Source: Clostridia bacterium
Lineage (GTDB): Bacteria; Bacillota; Sulfobacillia; SLMV01
Reading direction: 5' to 3'
DNA: 57,366 bases
Assembly (NCBI GenBank): GCA_003566675.1
Contig: PXCI01000054.1
Coordinates: 1 to 57,366, forward strand
Shown here: positions 7,719-17,367 of the stretch, piece after piece
Layout of the letters: each line of letters begins with the position of its first letter
Position numbering within the stretch: the stretch's first letter is position 1
Program-made: the position numbers and the translations under genes
Notes under the pieces: model-generated
Told to the model about the DNA's origin: nothing
The model's input: only the letters and a program-made list of their open reading frames with translations
Databases searched by the model: none

Positions 7719-9530
7719 CTATCTCTGGGGGACCTCGCCGGAATCCGCCTGCCGGGTGGATTCATCGCGAGTAACATCCAAATCCTTCAGACTTCCCACC
7801 ACTCTACCAGAAAACATGTTCAACACCTCTTGTACGACATGACCCGTATCTTCACCGTTACCCGGCCGACTCTGTTCCGTATCTTCAGGCTCCCCTGATC
7901 TATTACAAATCTCCTCGGCTTCGTCGTCACATGCTTCCATACTATTCGTTGTGTCTACATAATGGTTCGACTCTGACTCACCAGGGGAGAAACCGCCCAT
8001 CTCTGACTCCATCAGACAGCGGATCCTCAAGTCTTGGCCGGTGATTTCCTTAATCACCTGTTCGAGAACCTTGCGGCCCTGGTCTTGAGTGCGATCACGA
8101 TGAAACTGGAACTGATCCTGAAATACCAGCAGGAACGCTCCATCGACAATGCCTCCTGGCCTGACAGGCTGAAGCAGTGCGTGAGTGGGCAAACTTTCTT
8201 TTCGCACGGCCTCCTTCACCTTATGCCAGGTATCGTCCAGGTCAACAGACTGAGCAACATCAGTCCCCGGCTCCGGCCTTGATTTCTGCTCCTTCGGCCT
8301 CTCGACCTTCTTTGATCTGGCCGAATCCGCCGGGGGTTCCTTCTCTGCCTGCGGTCGTGCGGAAGGCTCAGGCGCCTCCCCTTCAGGGGCACTCACTGTT
8401 GCCAGACCCTCGGATTCAGCCGACCTAACCCCCGCCAACCTTATTGTGGCCATCTCCAGCAGAAAGCGAGGCTGGGTGGAGTACCGGCTCCGATCTTCTG
8501 TCTCAGCCAGCCGATCCACAATATCGAGGAGACGAGGCAAGCCGAACTTGCCGGCAACCGCCTCCATGTCCTGCAGATCACCCTCGGGCATGATCGGCTC
8601 ATACGCCCCATCACTTGCCCGATAAAGCAGCATGTCGCGAAAATACGCAAGCAGATCCCTGATAAACTGCGACACATCAGCACCAGCCATAGAAACCTCA
8701 TCGAGCATTTCCATGAGACCGGGCACATCGCCTGTGTTCATCCGGGACGCGTACTTCAGCAAAACCTCCCTGGAGACTGCACCCGTGACCCTGTGAACAT
8801 CTTCCTCCTCTATCTTACCCGAAGAATAGTCGCGACATTGCTCGAGAAGCCCCAGGGCATCGCGAACCGCCCCACCGGCCTGAAGGGCTATAACCCAGAT
8901 AGCGGACTCACTAACCTCGAGTCCATCCGACGCCGCGATCACCTGATGCAGGCGAGCGGTAATCTCTTTTGCGGTCAGATATCGGAAGTCAAAGCGCTGA
9001 CACCGTGACTGTACGGTGACGGGGATCTTATGAGCCTCGGTTGTGGCAAGGACGAAAATCACATGGCTGGGCGGTTCCTCCAGGGTCTTCAGCAGCGCAT
9101 TAAAGGCCTCTGGAGTCAACATGTGGGCCTCGTCTAGAATATATACGCGATAGCGCCCGGACGTACTGGCATAGGGTACGCGTTCCTGCAGTTCGCGGAT
9201 GTCATCAATGCCACGGTGCGATGCCGCATCCATCTCAACAACACTCATGGATGACCCGGAGTCGATCGAGCGGCACATATCACATTCGTTACAGGGTTCA
9301 GCTTCAGATGGAAGAACGTTCTCGCAGTTGACAACCTTGGCCAGAAGACGAGCTGCGGTAGTCTTGCCGGTACCCCGCGGTCCGGCAAATATGTAGGCAT
9401 GGGCCACTTGGTCTCTGTTCACCGCGTTCTTCAATGTGGTGACCACATGCTCCTGGCCGACCATGTCATCAAAACGACGGGGACGCCACTGACGATACAG
9501 CGAGGATCTCTGCACAGGATTCACCACCAA
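7719..9530 (-). CDS. dnaX: DNA polymerase III subunit gamma/tau
   Basis: LYRQWRP..F, GPRGTGKTT, DAASHRG, DEAHML, SRCQRFDF. Confidence 0.98.
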   Translation of the reverse strand: MVVNPVQRSSLYRQWRPRRFDDMVGQEHVVTTLKNAVNRDQVAHAYIFAGPRGTGKTTAARLLAKVVNCENVLPSEAEPCNECDMCRSIDSGSSMSVVEMDAASHRGIDDIRELQERVPYASTSGRYRVYILDEAHMLTPEAFNALLKTLEEPPSHVIFVLATTEAHKIPVTVQSRCQRFDFRYLTAKEITARLHQVIAASDGLEVSESAIWVIALQAGGAVRDALGLLEQCRDYSSGKIEEEDVHRVTGAVSREVLLKYASRMNTGDVPGLMEMLDEVSMAGADVSQFIRDLLAYFRDMLLYRASDGAYEPIMPEGDLQDMEAVAGKFGLPRLLDIVDRLAETEDRSRYSTQPRFLLEMATIRLAGVRSAESEGLATVSAPEGEAPEPSARPQAEKEPPADSARSKKVERPKEQKSRPEPGTDVAQSVDLDDTWHKVKEAVRKESLPTHALLQPVRPGGIVDGAFLLVFQDQFQFHRDRTQDQGRKVLEQVIKEITGQDLRIRCLMESEMGGFSPGESESNHYVDTTNSMEACDDEAEEICNRSGEPEDTEQSRPGNGEDTGHVVQEVLNMFSGRVVGSLKDLDVTRDESTRQADSGEVPQR

Positions 9531-9619
9531 GATTCACATTGAAATCTCCGCGAATAGAGCAACAACGGATGGCCTCTGAAACGGACGATCTCCTCAGATG
9601 GATGGAACGTAAATATAAT

Positions 9620-9888
9620 GGCCGTGCACCTTCCGTCGACCCGCCGCGATGGGCGTTACCCGCGCAGTTAGCTCGGACTCGGTAACCCTGCGGCACATGG
9701 AAGTTCGTGCTTACCGCTGCTCCCTTCCGGGCCTGACGGAGTTCACACGTTTCCATTGCGCAGGACCCAGCCGTCAACACCACTTACACGGGGCAGACCC
9801 CACCGAGACTAAGCCTCGGGAAGGAATTCAACCCTGCTGTAGCGGATTGCAGGTACAGGGCACCGCTATCTCCCCGTCTAGCACGGCC
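9620..9888 (-). ncRNA. ffs: Large bacterial SRP RNA (scRNA)
   Basis: Terminal pairing GGCCGTGC/GCACGGCC, Alu-like 5' domain (CTAGACGGGGAG...CCTGTACCTGCAATCCGCT), domain IV TCAGGCCCGGAAGGGAGCAGC; upstream of dnaX. Confidence 0.96.
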
Positions 9889-9897
9889 AAATCTGTG

Positions 9898-9986
9898 CGG
9901 AGAGGGTGGGATTCGAACCCACGGGACGGTTACCCGCCCACACGCTCTCCAGGCGTGCTCCTTCAGCCGGACTCGGACACCTCTCC
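9898..9986 (-). tRNA. tRNA-Ser(GGA), CCA not encoded
   Basis: GGAGAGG...CCTCTCC-G, anticodon arm CACGC-CT-GGA-GA-GCGTG, long variable arm. Confidence 0.95.
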
Positions 9987-10024
9987 ATCGTTACATCCAA
10001 CAGTCTCACCGCTCAGTAGACATA

Positions 10025-10117
<93 letters not shown>

Positions 10118-10171
10118 GCATCATAAACTGAGCCGCGTCCCACCTTGCAGACATTATAACACTCGCAACCC

Positions 10172-10645
10172 TCAGCGACCAGTCCTCAATCGACGGAAGA
10201 ACTCCTGCAGGATTGAGGCACACTCATCTCCCCGCACTCCCTCGATCACCTCAACCTGATGGTTGAGCCGAACATCGGAAGTCACAGACATCAGACTCAC
10301 AATTGCCCCAGCCTTAGGATCCCGAACCCCGAAAATTATCCGCTGAACCCTCGCATTCACTGCTGCTCCCGCACACATGGGACAGGGCTCAACCGTCACA
10401 TAGAGATCGCATCCTTCGAGCCGCCAATCGCCCTGGGCCTCTCCCGCTGCTCGCAGGGCATAGATCTCCGCGTGTGCCGTGGGGTCTCCAGTCGTCTCTC
10501 GCAGATTGTGCCCACGGCCCAAAATCTCTCCTCCAGATGAAACCACGACCGCACCAATGGGTACCTCGTGTTTCTCCAAAGCACAGTTCGCCTCATCAAG
10601 GGCGGCCCCCATCAATGTGTTGTGTGTCCCCTGATCCTCATCCAT
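10172..10645 (-). CDS. tadA: tRNA adenosine(34) deaminase TadA (start approximate)
   Basis: EVPIGAV, HAE, EPCPMCAGA, DPKAGA, LNH; syntenic with SRP-dnaX. Confidence 0.96.
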   Translation of the reverse strand: MDEDQGTHNTLMGAALDEANCALEKHEVPIGAVVVSSGGEILGRGHNLRETTGDPTAHAEIYALRAAGEAQGDWRLEGCDLYVTVEPCPMCAGAAVNARVQRIIFGVRDPKAGAIVSLMSVTSDVRLNHQVEVIEGVRGDECASILQEFFRRLRTGR

Positions 10646-10684
10646 TTTATCCGGGCCTTTCCCCGTGAGATTGCGACAACAGCA

Positions 10685-10708
10685 AAGCCCGGATGACAAT
10701 CCGGGCTT
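10685..10708 (-). terminator. Terminator after tRNA-Arg
   Basis: AAGCCCGGAT-loop-ATCCGGGCTT followed by T. Confidence 0.65.
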
Positions 10709-10709
10709 G

Positions 10710-10783
10710 TGCGCCAGGGAGGACTCGAACCCCCGGCACAGGGATTAGGAATCCCTTGCTCTATCCGCCTGAGCTACTGGCGC
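10710..10783 (-). tRNA. tRNA-Arg(CCT), CCA not encoded
   Basis: GCGCCAG...CTGGCGC-A, anticodon arm AGGGA-TT-CCT-AA-TCCCT. Confidence 0.96.
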
Positions 10784-10792
10784 ATCATCGCA

Positions 10793-10821
10793 ATGATACC
10801 AAATCAAAACTACGAGAGCAA
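10793..10821 (-). promoter_or_regulatory. sigmaA promoter of tRNA-Arg
   Basis: TTGCTC-17 nt-TATCAT with extended TG, ~10 nt before the tRNA. Confidence 0.65.
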
Positions 10822-11178
10822 CCACATCCCTGCAGCTGCGGTCCGGACACCCGATGATTCCAGACGCACGCCGCGGTTGCCGGAGGGCCCACGATGCAGT
10901 AACCCTGTCTTTGTGACAGGTGAGCTGTCAGTCTACTGCCAGAGATGTACATGACATGGCAAGGGAAACTCGTGCGACGGTAGCGCAAGTCAATACATAG
11001 TCTGACATCCCCACTAAGATTAATGCAGACAATTGACGATATTGAAAGAGGAACCTATATACAAGGGTCCCGTATGCAGATATAGATACAGACACATGAG
11101 ATAGCATTGCGCACCATCCACCCCTTTGAAAGGGGCTGCTCATCCTATGGAACGTTTCTCATGGAAGCGTTGCGCAAC

Positions 11179-11616
11179 ATGAACAAGTACCTGCGATTGA
11201 CATTTCTTGCAGCATCGCTATTGGTGGTGCTCCTTGCGTTGCTGTGGTACTTCGGGCTTGCCTTCGCGCAGGCCCCCAGCGAAGATAACGAAGTCCCTGA
11301 GCCGCCCCCGGGACCCATCTATCACGTGGGCGAAATTGTCACGGACCTGGCACCGTCATCTAATGGCATGACCCATTTCATTCAGATCGATATGAAGTTG
11401 ACATGCAGTGACAAGCCTACCCACGCGAACTTATTAGACAATCCAGGCAGGGTGAAGACCGAGATTCTGGCAGCCATTCGGTCTATGACCGCAGAGGCAG
11501 TGATGGGCGACGCTGGAATGGAACACCTCAGGAGCACCATCATCCATAGATTGGGGGCCCTACTCCACCCGGGTGAGATTAGCGACCTATACTTCATCGA
11601 GTTTCTGGTCCAGTGA
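11179..11616 (+). CDS. fliL: FliL-family membrane-anchored protein (start uncertain)
   Basis: N-terminal TM, then GEIVTDLA...HFIQ..M.L...G...LR..I..RL...I.DLYF.EFLVQ FliL pattern. Confidence 0.75.
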   Translation: MNKYLRLTFLAASLLVVLLALLWYFGLAFAQAPSEDNEVPEPPPGPIYHVGEIVTDLAPSSNGMTHFIQIDMKLTCSDKPTHANLLDNPGRVKTEILAAIRSMTAEAVMGDAGMEHLRSTIIHRLGALLHPGEISDLYFIEFLVQ

Positions 11617-11633
11617 AGCTCGAACTCCCGTGT

Positions 11634-12617
11634 TCAGCTGTCCGGTTCGCCTTTACTGAGAGCCATCACACTGAGAATCTCGAAGATGATGCATGCCGCT
11701 GCGAGAGAAGTAACCTGGGATGGATCGTACGCAGGCAGGACCTCAACTAGGTCAACACCCCTTACATGGGTCAGATCCAATCTCCTGATGTAAGAAAGGG
11801 CTTGGGCAGAACTTGGTCCTCCCACTTCAGGTGTGCCGGTGCCCGGCGCGTGAGCCGGATCCAAAAAATCAATGTCGAAAGTCAGATATACAGGTCTATC
11901 TCCTACAACCTCACAGATCAACCGACAGACTCCCTCTGGATCCATCGAAAGAAGGCGGTCCGCCTCTACGATGGTAAAGCCGAGTTTGCGGGCATTTGCG
12001 AGATCCTCTGGACCCGGTATCGACCCCCTGATCCCCAGCTGAATCGAGTTTTTGGGCAGGATAAGATTCTCCTCGGTAGCGCGCCTGAAGGGCGTGGCAT
12101 GGTTATATCGATCACCATACACTGAATTCCAGGTATCGGAATGGGAATCAAAATGGATGACTGCAAGGGGGCCGTGTCTTTTCGCAAGTGACCTCAAGAT
12201 CGGCAGGCTAATTGAATGGTCTCCGCCAAGGCATACGGGGACGATATTGGCGTCGACCACTGAGTCCACTGTCTCCTCGATTAACTGCATACTCTCAACG
12301 GCGTTCCCCGGTACGAGGGGAGTATCTCCAATATCCACCCCGCAAAGATGTTCCATCGGGGAGACTCCGAGGGCGGGGTTGTACCCGCGAAGGACAGCCG
12401 ACATCTCGCGAATGGCCGACGGCGCAAAGCGAGTCCCAATTCGATAAGTCACACCGGTATCGAAGGGTACACCTACAACAGCAAAATCGCACCCGCACAA
12501 CTCATCTAGCCCATCAACATGAGGCAACCTCATGAAGGTCTTGATCCCTCCAAAGGCCGGTACAACACCCCGACGACGATGAGCAGGCTCATGTAGATCT
12601 TCAGTCATAGCTGTCAT
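11634..12617 (-). CDS. speB: Ureohydrolase (agmatinase/guanidinobutyrase family)
   Basis: GVPFD..YR.G.RF.P, GGDHS, HFDSHSD, TFDIDFLDP..APGTGTPE. Confidence 0.9.
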   Translation of the reverse strand: MTAMTEDLHEPAHRRRGVVPAFGGIKTFMRLPHVDGLDELCGCDFAVVGVPFDTGVTYRIGTRFAPSAIREMSAVLRGYNPALGVSPMEHLCGVDIGDTPLVPGNAVESMQLIEETVDSVVDANIVPVCLGGDHSISLPILRSLAKRHGPLAVIHFDSHSDTWNSVYGDRYNHATPFRRATEENLILPKNSIQLGIRGSIPGPEDLANARKLGFTIVEADRLLSMDPEGVCRLICEVVGDRPVYLTFDIDFLDPAHAPGTGTPEVGGPSSAQALSYIRRLDLTHVRGVDLVEVLPAYDPSQVTSLAAACIIFEILSVMALSKGEPDS

Positions 12618-12757
12618 CTCCAGATCCAGGACTTCAGTATTTGTCCGGTGATTCCTTCGTCATTCGAGGCCCCGACTCCTTTCCCAGGCAGCGAACCCCT
12701 GTAATCAGCAACGAATACCATGTTACCGAGTATACACACAGGAGGTGACGTATCATC

Positions 12758-13918
12758 GTGCAAGAACCGATGGACCACAGTAAATCACCGGCGTGTGAAG
12801 ACACCGAGGTCAAGGGCAACTGCGCAGAGCCCAGTGAGAGTACCTAAGTCAAGTGCAGCTGCGAAGAGGTCAGCGAAGACACCGAGTCCGAGGGCCGATC
12901 TACGGAGGTCAATGAAGAATGCTCCTGCTCCACCACCAATGACATGTGCAACAACGATTGTGATGTGGATGCCGATTCTAATGAGGGCGACGACTGTCCA
13001 GCTCCAGAAGCGACCGCAGTCGAAGAAACCAGCCACCCTGACTGCCCACCCAATTCTGAACCATACACCATAACCTCTGGCGACACCTACTCCCAGCTCG
13101 CTCAACGCTTCAACACAACCGTCGCAGCAATTGTATCCGCCAATCCTTTTGTGGATCCTGATGACCTCCGCGTGGGACAGGTCGTATGCATTCCAAGGCA
13201 GCCCTTTTACTCCTCGTGCCCAGAAGGCAACTACTACACCATCGAACGTGGCGACACATTTTTCGTCCTCGCGCGACGTTTTGACACAACAGTGGAAGCC
13301 ATAAAGCAGGCCAATCCCGATGTTGACCCGGAGGCGCTTCTGATTGGGATGACCCTTTGCATGCCGGAGAGCGTCGCACTGCCCCCCCACCGATGCCCAA
13401 CAGGAACCACCATATACACCATCGAGCGGGGTGACACCTTCTTTCACCTTGCTCAGCGCTACAACATCACCGTCGATGCCTTACTCAGGGCCAACCCAGG
13501 AATCGACCCCGACCGCCTGCGCATTGGCCAGGTCATCTGCATCCCTGAAGATAACGTGCACCCTGTCTGCCCCGAAGGCACCTACGAATACACCATTGAA
13601 CGAGCAGACACCCTCTTTGACCTCGCCCAGTACTACAACATCACCGTCGATGCCATACTCAGAGCCAACCCCGGGATTGACCCCGACCGCCTGCGCATTG
13701 GCCAGGTCATATGCATCCCCCGCGGAACCGAGGCACGACACGAAGTAGAATGCCCGGCATGGACGACGCCCTATGAAGTGAGGGCCGGCGAGACGCTGTT
13801 TCGGATCGCAAATCGTAACCGCCTGACGCTTGAGGATCTTCTGGAGGCAAACCCGCACTTGACAGACCCCGATCTACTTGATGTAGGCCAGATCATCTGC
13901 CTGCCGGACGACGGATAG
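12758..13918 (+). CDS. Five-LysM protein with acidic Cys-rich N-terminus (spore coat/SafA-like); in-frame TAA at 12845-12847
   Basis: GGAGGTG RBS + GTG at 12758 in frame with ORF 12944-13918; five CP..Y.I..GDT...A......ANP..DP..L..GQ..C.P repeats. Confidence 0.8.
13460..13720 (+). repeat. Recent intragenic duplication of LysM repeats 3 and 4 (174-bp period)
   Basis: tacaacatcaccgtcgatgcc...gaccccgaccgcctgcgcattggccaggtcat at 13460 and 13634. Confidence 0.9.
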
Positions 13919-14064
13919 CAGGGCCGAGTTCCTGATCAACAGGCACCAGAGTCCCATAAAGAGACCAGAGTGCCTATCCCAGGTCATGGAGAGCCACGGA
14001 CCCATCGGCAAGAATTGCGCTGTAGAAGAATACCGTCTTTGGGCGGGGGTCAGGCAGCCTACTC

Positions 14065-15414
14065 TCAGATCAAGCCGACCACCCACATTACGCAGGTCGC
14101 CAGAAAGGCTGCCACCCCCCCCACCAGGGTGGCCCCCCCGTAGGCAATCACTGCGCGATCGACCTCCATCTTGGAAAGAGACGTACAGACCCAGAAGTAG
14201 CTGCTGTTCACATACTTGATCACGATGGACCCCGTGGCGGCAGCAATGACGGCCGCCTCTGGTGACAGGCCCAGAGGTAGGAGCATGGGTCTCATCAAAG
14301 CCGCAGAAGTGATCACGCCAACAGTAGACGAACCCGTAATCATATTCACGATGACACCAATCAGAAAGGGCAGGACAATGGTGGGAACTCCCGCATCAAG
14401 AACGATCTCGGCAACGTAGTCTACCGCTGGGGTACCCTTCAGAATGTGACTCAGGGATCCACCAAGTCCGGTAACGGCAAAGATGATCGCGGATGTGCCC
14501 AGGGCCTTTTCCACCCACGTAGAGACGGCTTCACCCTTCTGCTTCCCCCGAGCCCCTCTGGCCGCGAGCCAGAATCCCAGGCTCAGCGCGACGACAGGCC
14601 AACCCACGAAGGTGAGTACGGCAGTGATCACATTGCCCGCAGGCCAGATCAGGTTCGCCACACTCTGTCCGGCAATAAGTAGAATCGGCACAATGATGGG
14701 CGAATAGGCAGCAAGGGTTGACGGCAATTCTTCTTCCCTTCCCTGTTCCACAAAGGAGTGCCCGACGAACTCGCGGGATGGAGGTGCATCGAGCCGAGAA
14801 CCAACCCACACCGCCCACAACCAGCAGGCGATTGCCCCAACGAGGCTGGCGATCCCGCCGTACAGAATCACCATACCGATGTCGGCTCCGAGCAGTGCAG
14901 CCGCAGCCAGCGGACCTGGGGTGGGCGGGACCACTGCATGGGTCAACTGCATCGCACCCACCAGACCGGTAGCCATCAGCCCCATGGAGGCTCCGAATTC
15001 CAGGGCTGCGGAATGCACCAGGGGGTTGACGATCACGTAAGCCACGTCGCCAAAAATTGCGATGCCAAGGACAAAGCCGGTGAGAGTCAGGGCAAAGGGC
15101 ATTCTTCTGCGTCCGATGAGGCCTATCATACTCATTGTAATCCGCTCAACAGCTCCGGTATGTTTCATGGCCTCGGCCATCACCGATCCAAGAACAATGA
15201 CCACGCCTATGCTGCCGAGGGTGCTCCCGAACCCAGCATGAAAAGCTTCTATGAATGCTTCCTGGTTGACGCCTGGTATGAGGGCAAAGAGCAGAATTGG
15301 AACGAGCAAGGCAAGAAATACGTGCCATTTAAACTTGCTTATCAGAATCAGCAACAAGACCATAACTCCCAGGAACCCGAGGAGCGTGGCAATCGGACTC
15401 ACTGCTACAGGCAC
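14065..15414 (-). CDS. GntP-family permease
   Basis: K.K.H.FLALL, GFG.TLG.IG, TH..VPPTPGPL, GSSTV..IT, VNSSYFW; GTG at 15414 after GGAGGGGG. Confidence 0.9.
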   Translation of the reverse strand: MPVAVSPIATLLGFLGVMVLLLILISKFKWHVFLALLVPILLFALIPGVNQEAFIEAFHAGFGSTLGSIGVVIVLGSVMAEAMKHTGAVERITMSMIGLIGRRRMPFALTLTGFVLGIAIFGDVAYVIVNPLVHSAALEFGASMGLMATGLVGAMQLTHAVVPPTPGPLAAAALLGADIGMVILYGGIASLVGAIACWLWAVWVGSRLDAPPSREFVGHSFVEQGREEELPSTLAAYSPIIVPILLIAGQSVANLIWPAGNVITAVLTFVGWPVVALSLGFWLAARGARGKQKGEAVSTWVEKALGTSAIIFAVTGLGGSLSHILKGTPAVDYVAEIVLDAGVPTIVLPFLIGVIVNMITGSSTVGVITSAALMRPMLLPLGLSPEAAVIAAATGSIVIKYVNSSYFWVCTSLSKMEVDRAVIAYGGATLVGGVAAFLATCVMWVVGLI

Positions 15415-15456
15415 ACGTGCACCCCCTCCACACAAAGCGCAGTCCGGCTGCAACAC

Positions 15457-15921
15457 TCACCGGCGAGCAGGAACCAGTACCAACCATAGACCCAGGCCCA
15501 TTAACACTACCGGCCAGTAACCCCAGACCGTGTTCAGTACCGGATGATCCGAGCGCAGCAAAAACAGAAGGCCGAAAACGCCCAGAAGACCGAACGTCGG
15601 ATACAGGGCCCAACGGCTGTTCTTACCTATGATCGTCTCCACCAGGTAGACAATGGAAAATGCCAGGCCAAGAAGCAGGAATAACAGTGGTCCCCTCATC
15701 CAGGGGGCATAGTAGGCCGAGGTACCAGTGAAGATTCCCACTGCAGATAGACAGGTGCCAACGACGAGTAGCCCTGTGCGGTACCCGTACATTGCGTAGC
15801 ACACGATCAGCCCGGCCCCGACCAATATGAGGAACCGGTCCCCGGTAATGATCCCCGCCATGCTTGCAAAGATGACGAGACCGGAGACGATGAGCACCGT
15901 CCCCACAATTCGCGCATTCAT
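15457..15921 (-). CDS. Multi-pass membrane protein with LiaF/DUF5668-like WP motif (paralogue 1)
   Basis: ~6 TM helices, C-terminal WGYWPVVLMGLGLWLV; ATG 15921 after GGAGAGG. Confidence 0.7.
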   Translation of the reverse strand: MNARIVGTVLIVSGLVIFASMAGIITGDRFLILVGAGLIVCYAMYGYRTGLLVVGTCLSAVGIFTGTSAYYAPWMRGPLLFLLLGLAFSIVYLVETIIGKNSRWALYPTFGLLGVFGLLFLLRSDHPVLNTVWGYWPVVLMGLGLWLVLVPARR

Positions 15922-16128
15922 TGTTTCATCCTCTCCTATTGCGCACACGATAGGATCATCAACCATGATATACGATATTGCCGCATCAAGTACATCATTA
16001 GCATGCCGCCTCACGTCAATGCTGCAGGAGCCCTAGTGGATCTGGGCGATTGAGATATCGCTACGATGTGTCCTTCGGTGATGGGGACGATTGGACGATC
16101 CAGGACTGCAGATGTACCCGTGGCCCCT

Positions 16129-16596
16129 CTATCCCCTGCGGCCACTGTACAAGACTAGCAACCCGGCAATGATGAGAAGGAGCGGCCAGAACTGCCAGTA
16201 GGCTATGGAAAAGCTGAGATAGCCTGACTCCTGTACGTACACGAAAGCAGAAAAGGCCCCGATGATCAAACCTGGATAGAGAGCCCATCGACCCCGTCGG
16301 GCCACGGCATACTCAACCCCGAATACGATGAGGAAGGCTAACCCCATAAACAAAAAGAAAAGATAGCCCCTCTCCGGCTCAGGGCTTCGTTCCGTAACCG
16401 CGATGAAAGCAGCCAGGGCCCCCGTGCAGCTGCCAGCTACCAGTAATCCGGTTCGAAATCCGGAAATAACATACCCAGATATCAACCCGACAGTAATAAC
16501 CAGAAAAAACAGATCACCTGACATGATCCCCAGCTGGCCGAAAAAAATAATGAGCCCTCCGACCAGCAAAATGATCCCCAGAGCGCGCCTGTCCAC
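16129..16596 (-). CDS. Multi-pass membrane protein with LiaF/DUF5668-like WP motif (paralogue 2)
   Basis: Aligns end-to-end with 15457-15921 (G.RTGLLV.G, RWALYP, W..WP). Confidence 0.7.
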   Translation of the reverse strand: MDRRALGIILLVGGLIIFFGQLGIMSGDLFFLVITVGLISGYVISGFRTGLLVAGSCTGALAAFIAVTERSPEPERGYLFFLFMGLAFLIVFGVEYAVARRGRWALYPGLIIGAFSAFVYVQESGYLSFSIAYWQFWPLLLIIAGLLVLYSGRRG

Positions 16597-17025
16597 AGAT
16601 CTCCACCCCTCTTCCTTAACGTCTATCTTATCCGAAATCCGGAGCCAAGGCAGCTCCCTCATTCCGCTCTTCCCTGTCCTGCACTGCCGATGCCTGATAA
16701 CGATATCACCTCTATCCCGAACACAGAGGACGTGGACGTTAGGGCGGATGCCCGGGCGAATCTGTTAACTACTGCTCCCCGATCAAAGATAATCTCAGTG
16801 GCATACGGAAAGAACACCGGTGGGAAGGAAGAAGAGATGGCGGCCAGAACGCGCGTCACCTCTCCACCCTCCATCGCCACAATCTTCTTCCTCACCCTCT
16901 CCAAGGTAGAATCAAGACGCAAAGAATACCGAAGCAGATGCGCCTGTTACCTGGTAAGAATGATGTGGTTACCTGCCCTGTAATCAGCAGCAGTGTTGAA
17001 CCTAAATGGCAAGGCATCTACTGGA

Positions 17026-17367
17026 CTAATCGATCCAGACGGCCAACGATCTACATCCCAGAATTTCTCGTCTATCGCGGTCAATTTGATCGACTACGTA
17101 TAGGTCGTTCCGTTCCGGGCAAGCGGATCGGACCATCTGGGATACTACATAACCCCCTCCATGTTCTTCCAAGGAAGGCTGCTTCACCGGACCGAAGGAG
17201 ATTCTGGAGACAGGGACCGAAACATCCTGGATCTGCATGTCTTCCACCCTCTCCCTCCTTACGAACACCCGGGCTGCCCGGGGCTCAGGTCTTACCTCGC
17301 CCACAACAATCCTCTCCGATTCATCATAGAACCGAAGAATGTGAGGCGTCTTGTTTAGAATCTCCAT
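17026..17367 (-). CDS. Small NxTPH-motif protein, possible cOA ring nuclease (Crn4-like)
   Basis: GAGGAG RBS; ILNKTPH...AARV...YVVSQMV...RNDL...RD...ILGCRSL motif series; function inferred. Confidence 0.55.
   Translation of the reverse strand: MEILNKTPHILRFYDESERIVVGEVRPEPRAARVFVRRERVEDMQIQDVSVPVSRISFGPVKQPSLEEHGGGYVVSQMVRSACPERNDLYVVDQIDRDRREILGCRSLAVWID

Noticed and set aside
13050..13900. Periodic repeats as a possible CRISPR array
   Set aside because: In-frame LysM coding repeats with no unique spacers and no cas genes
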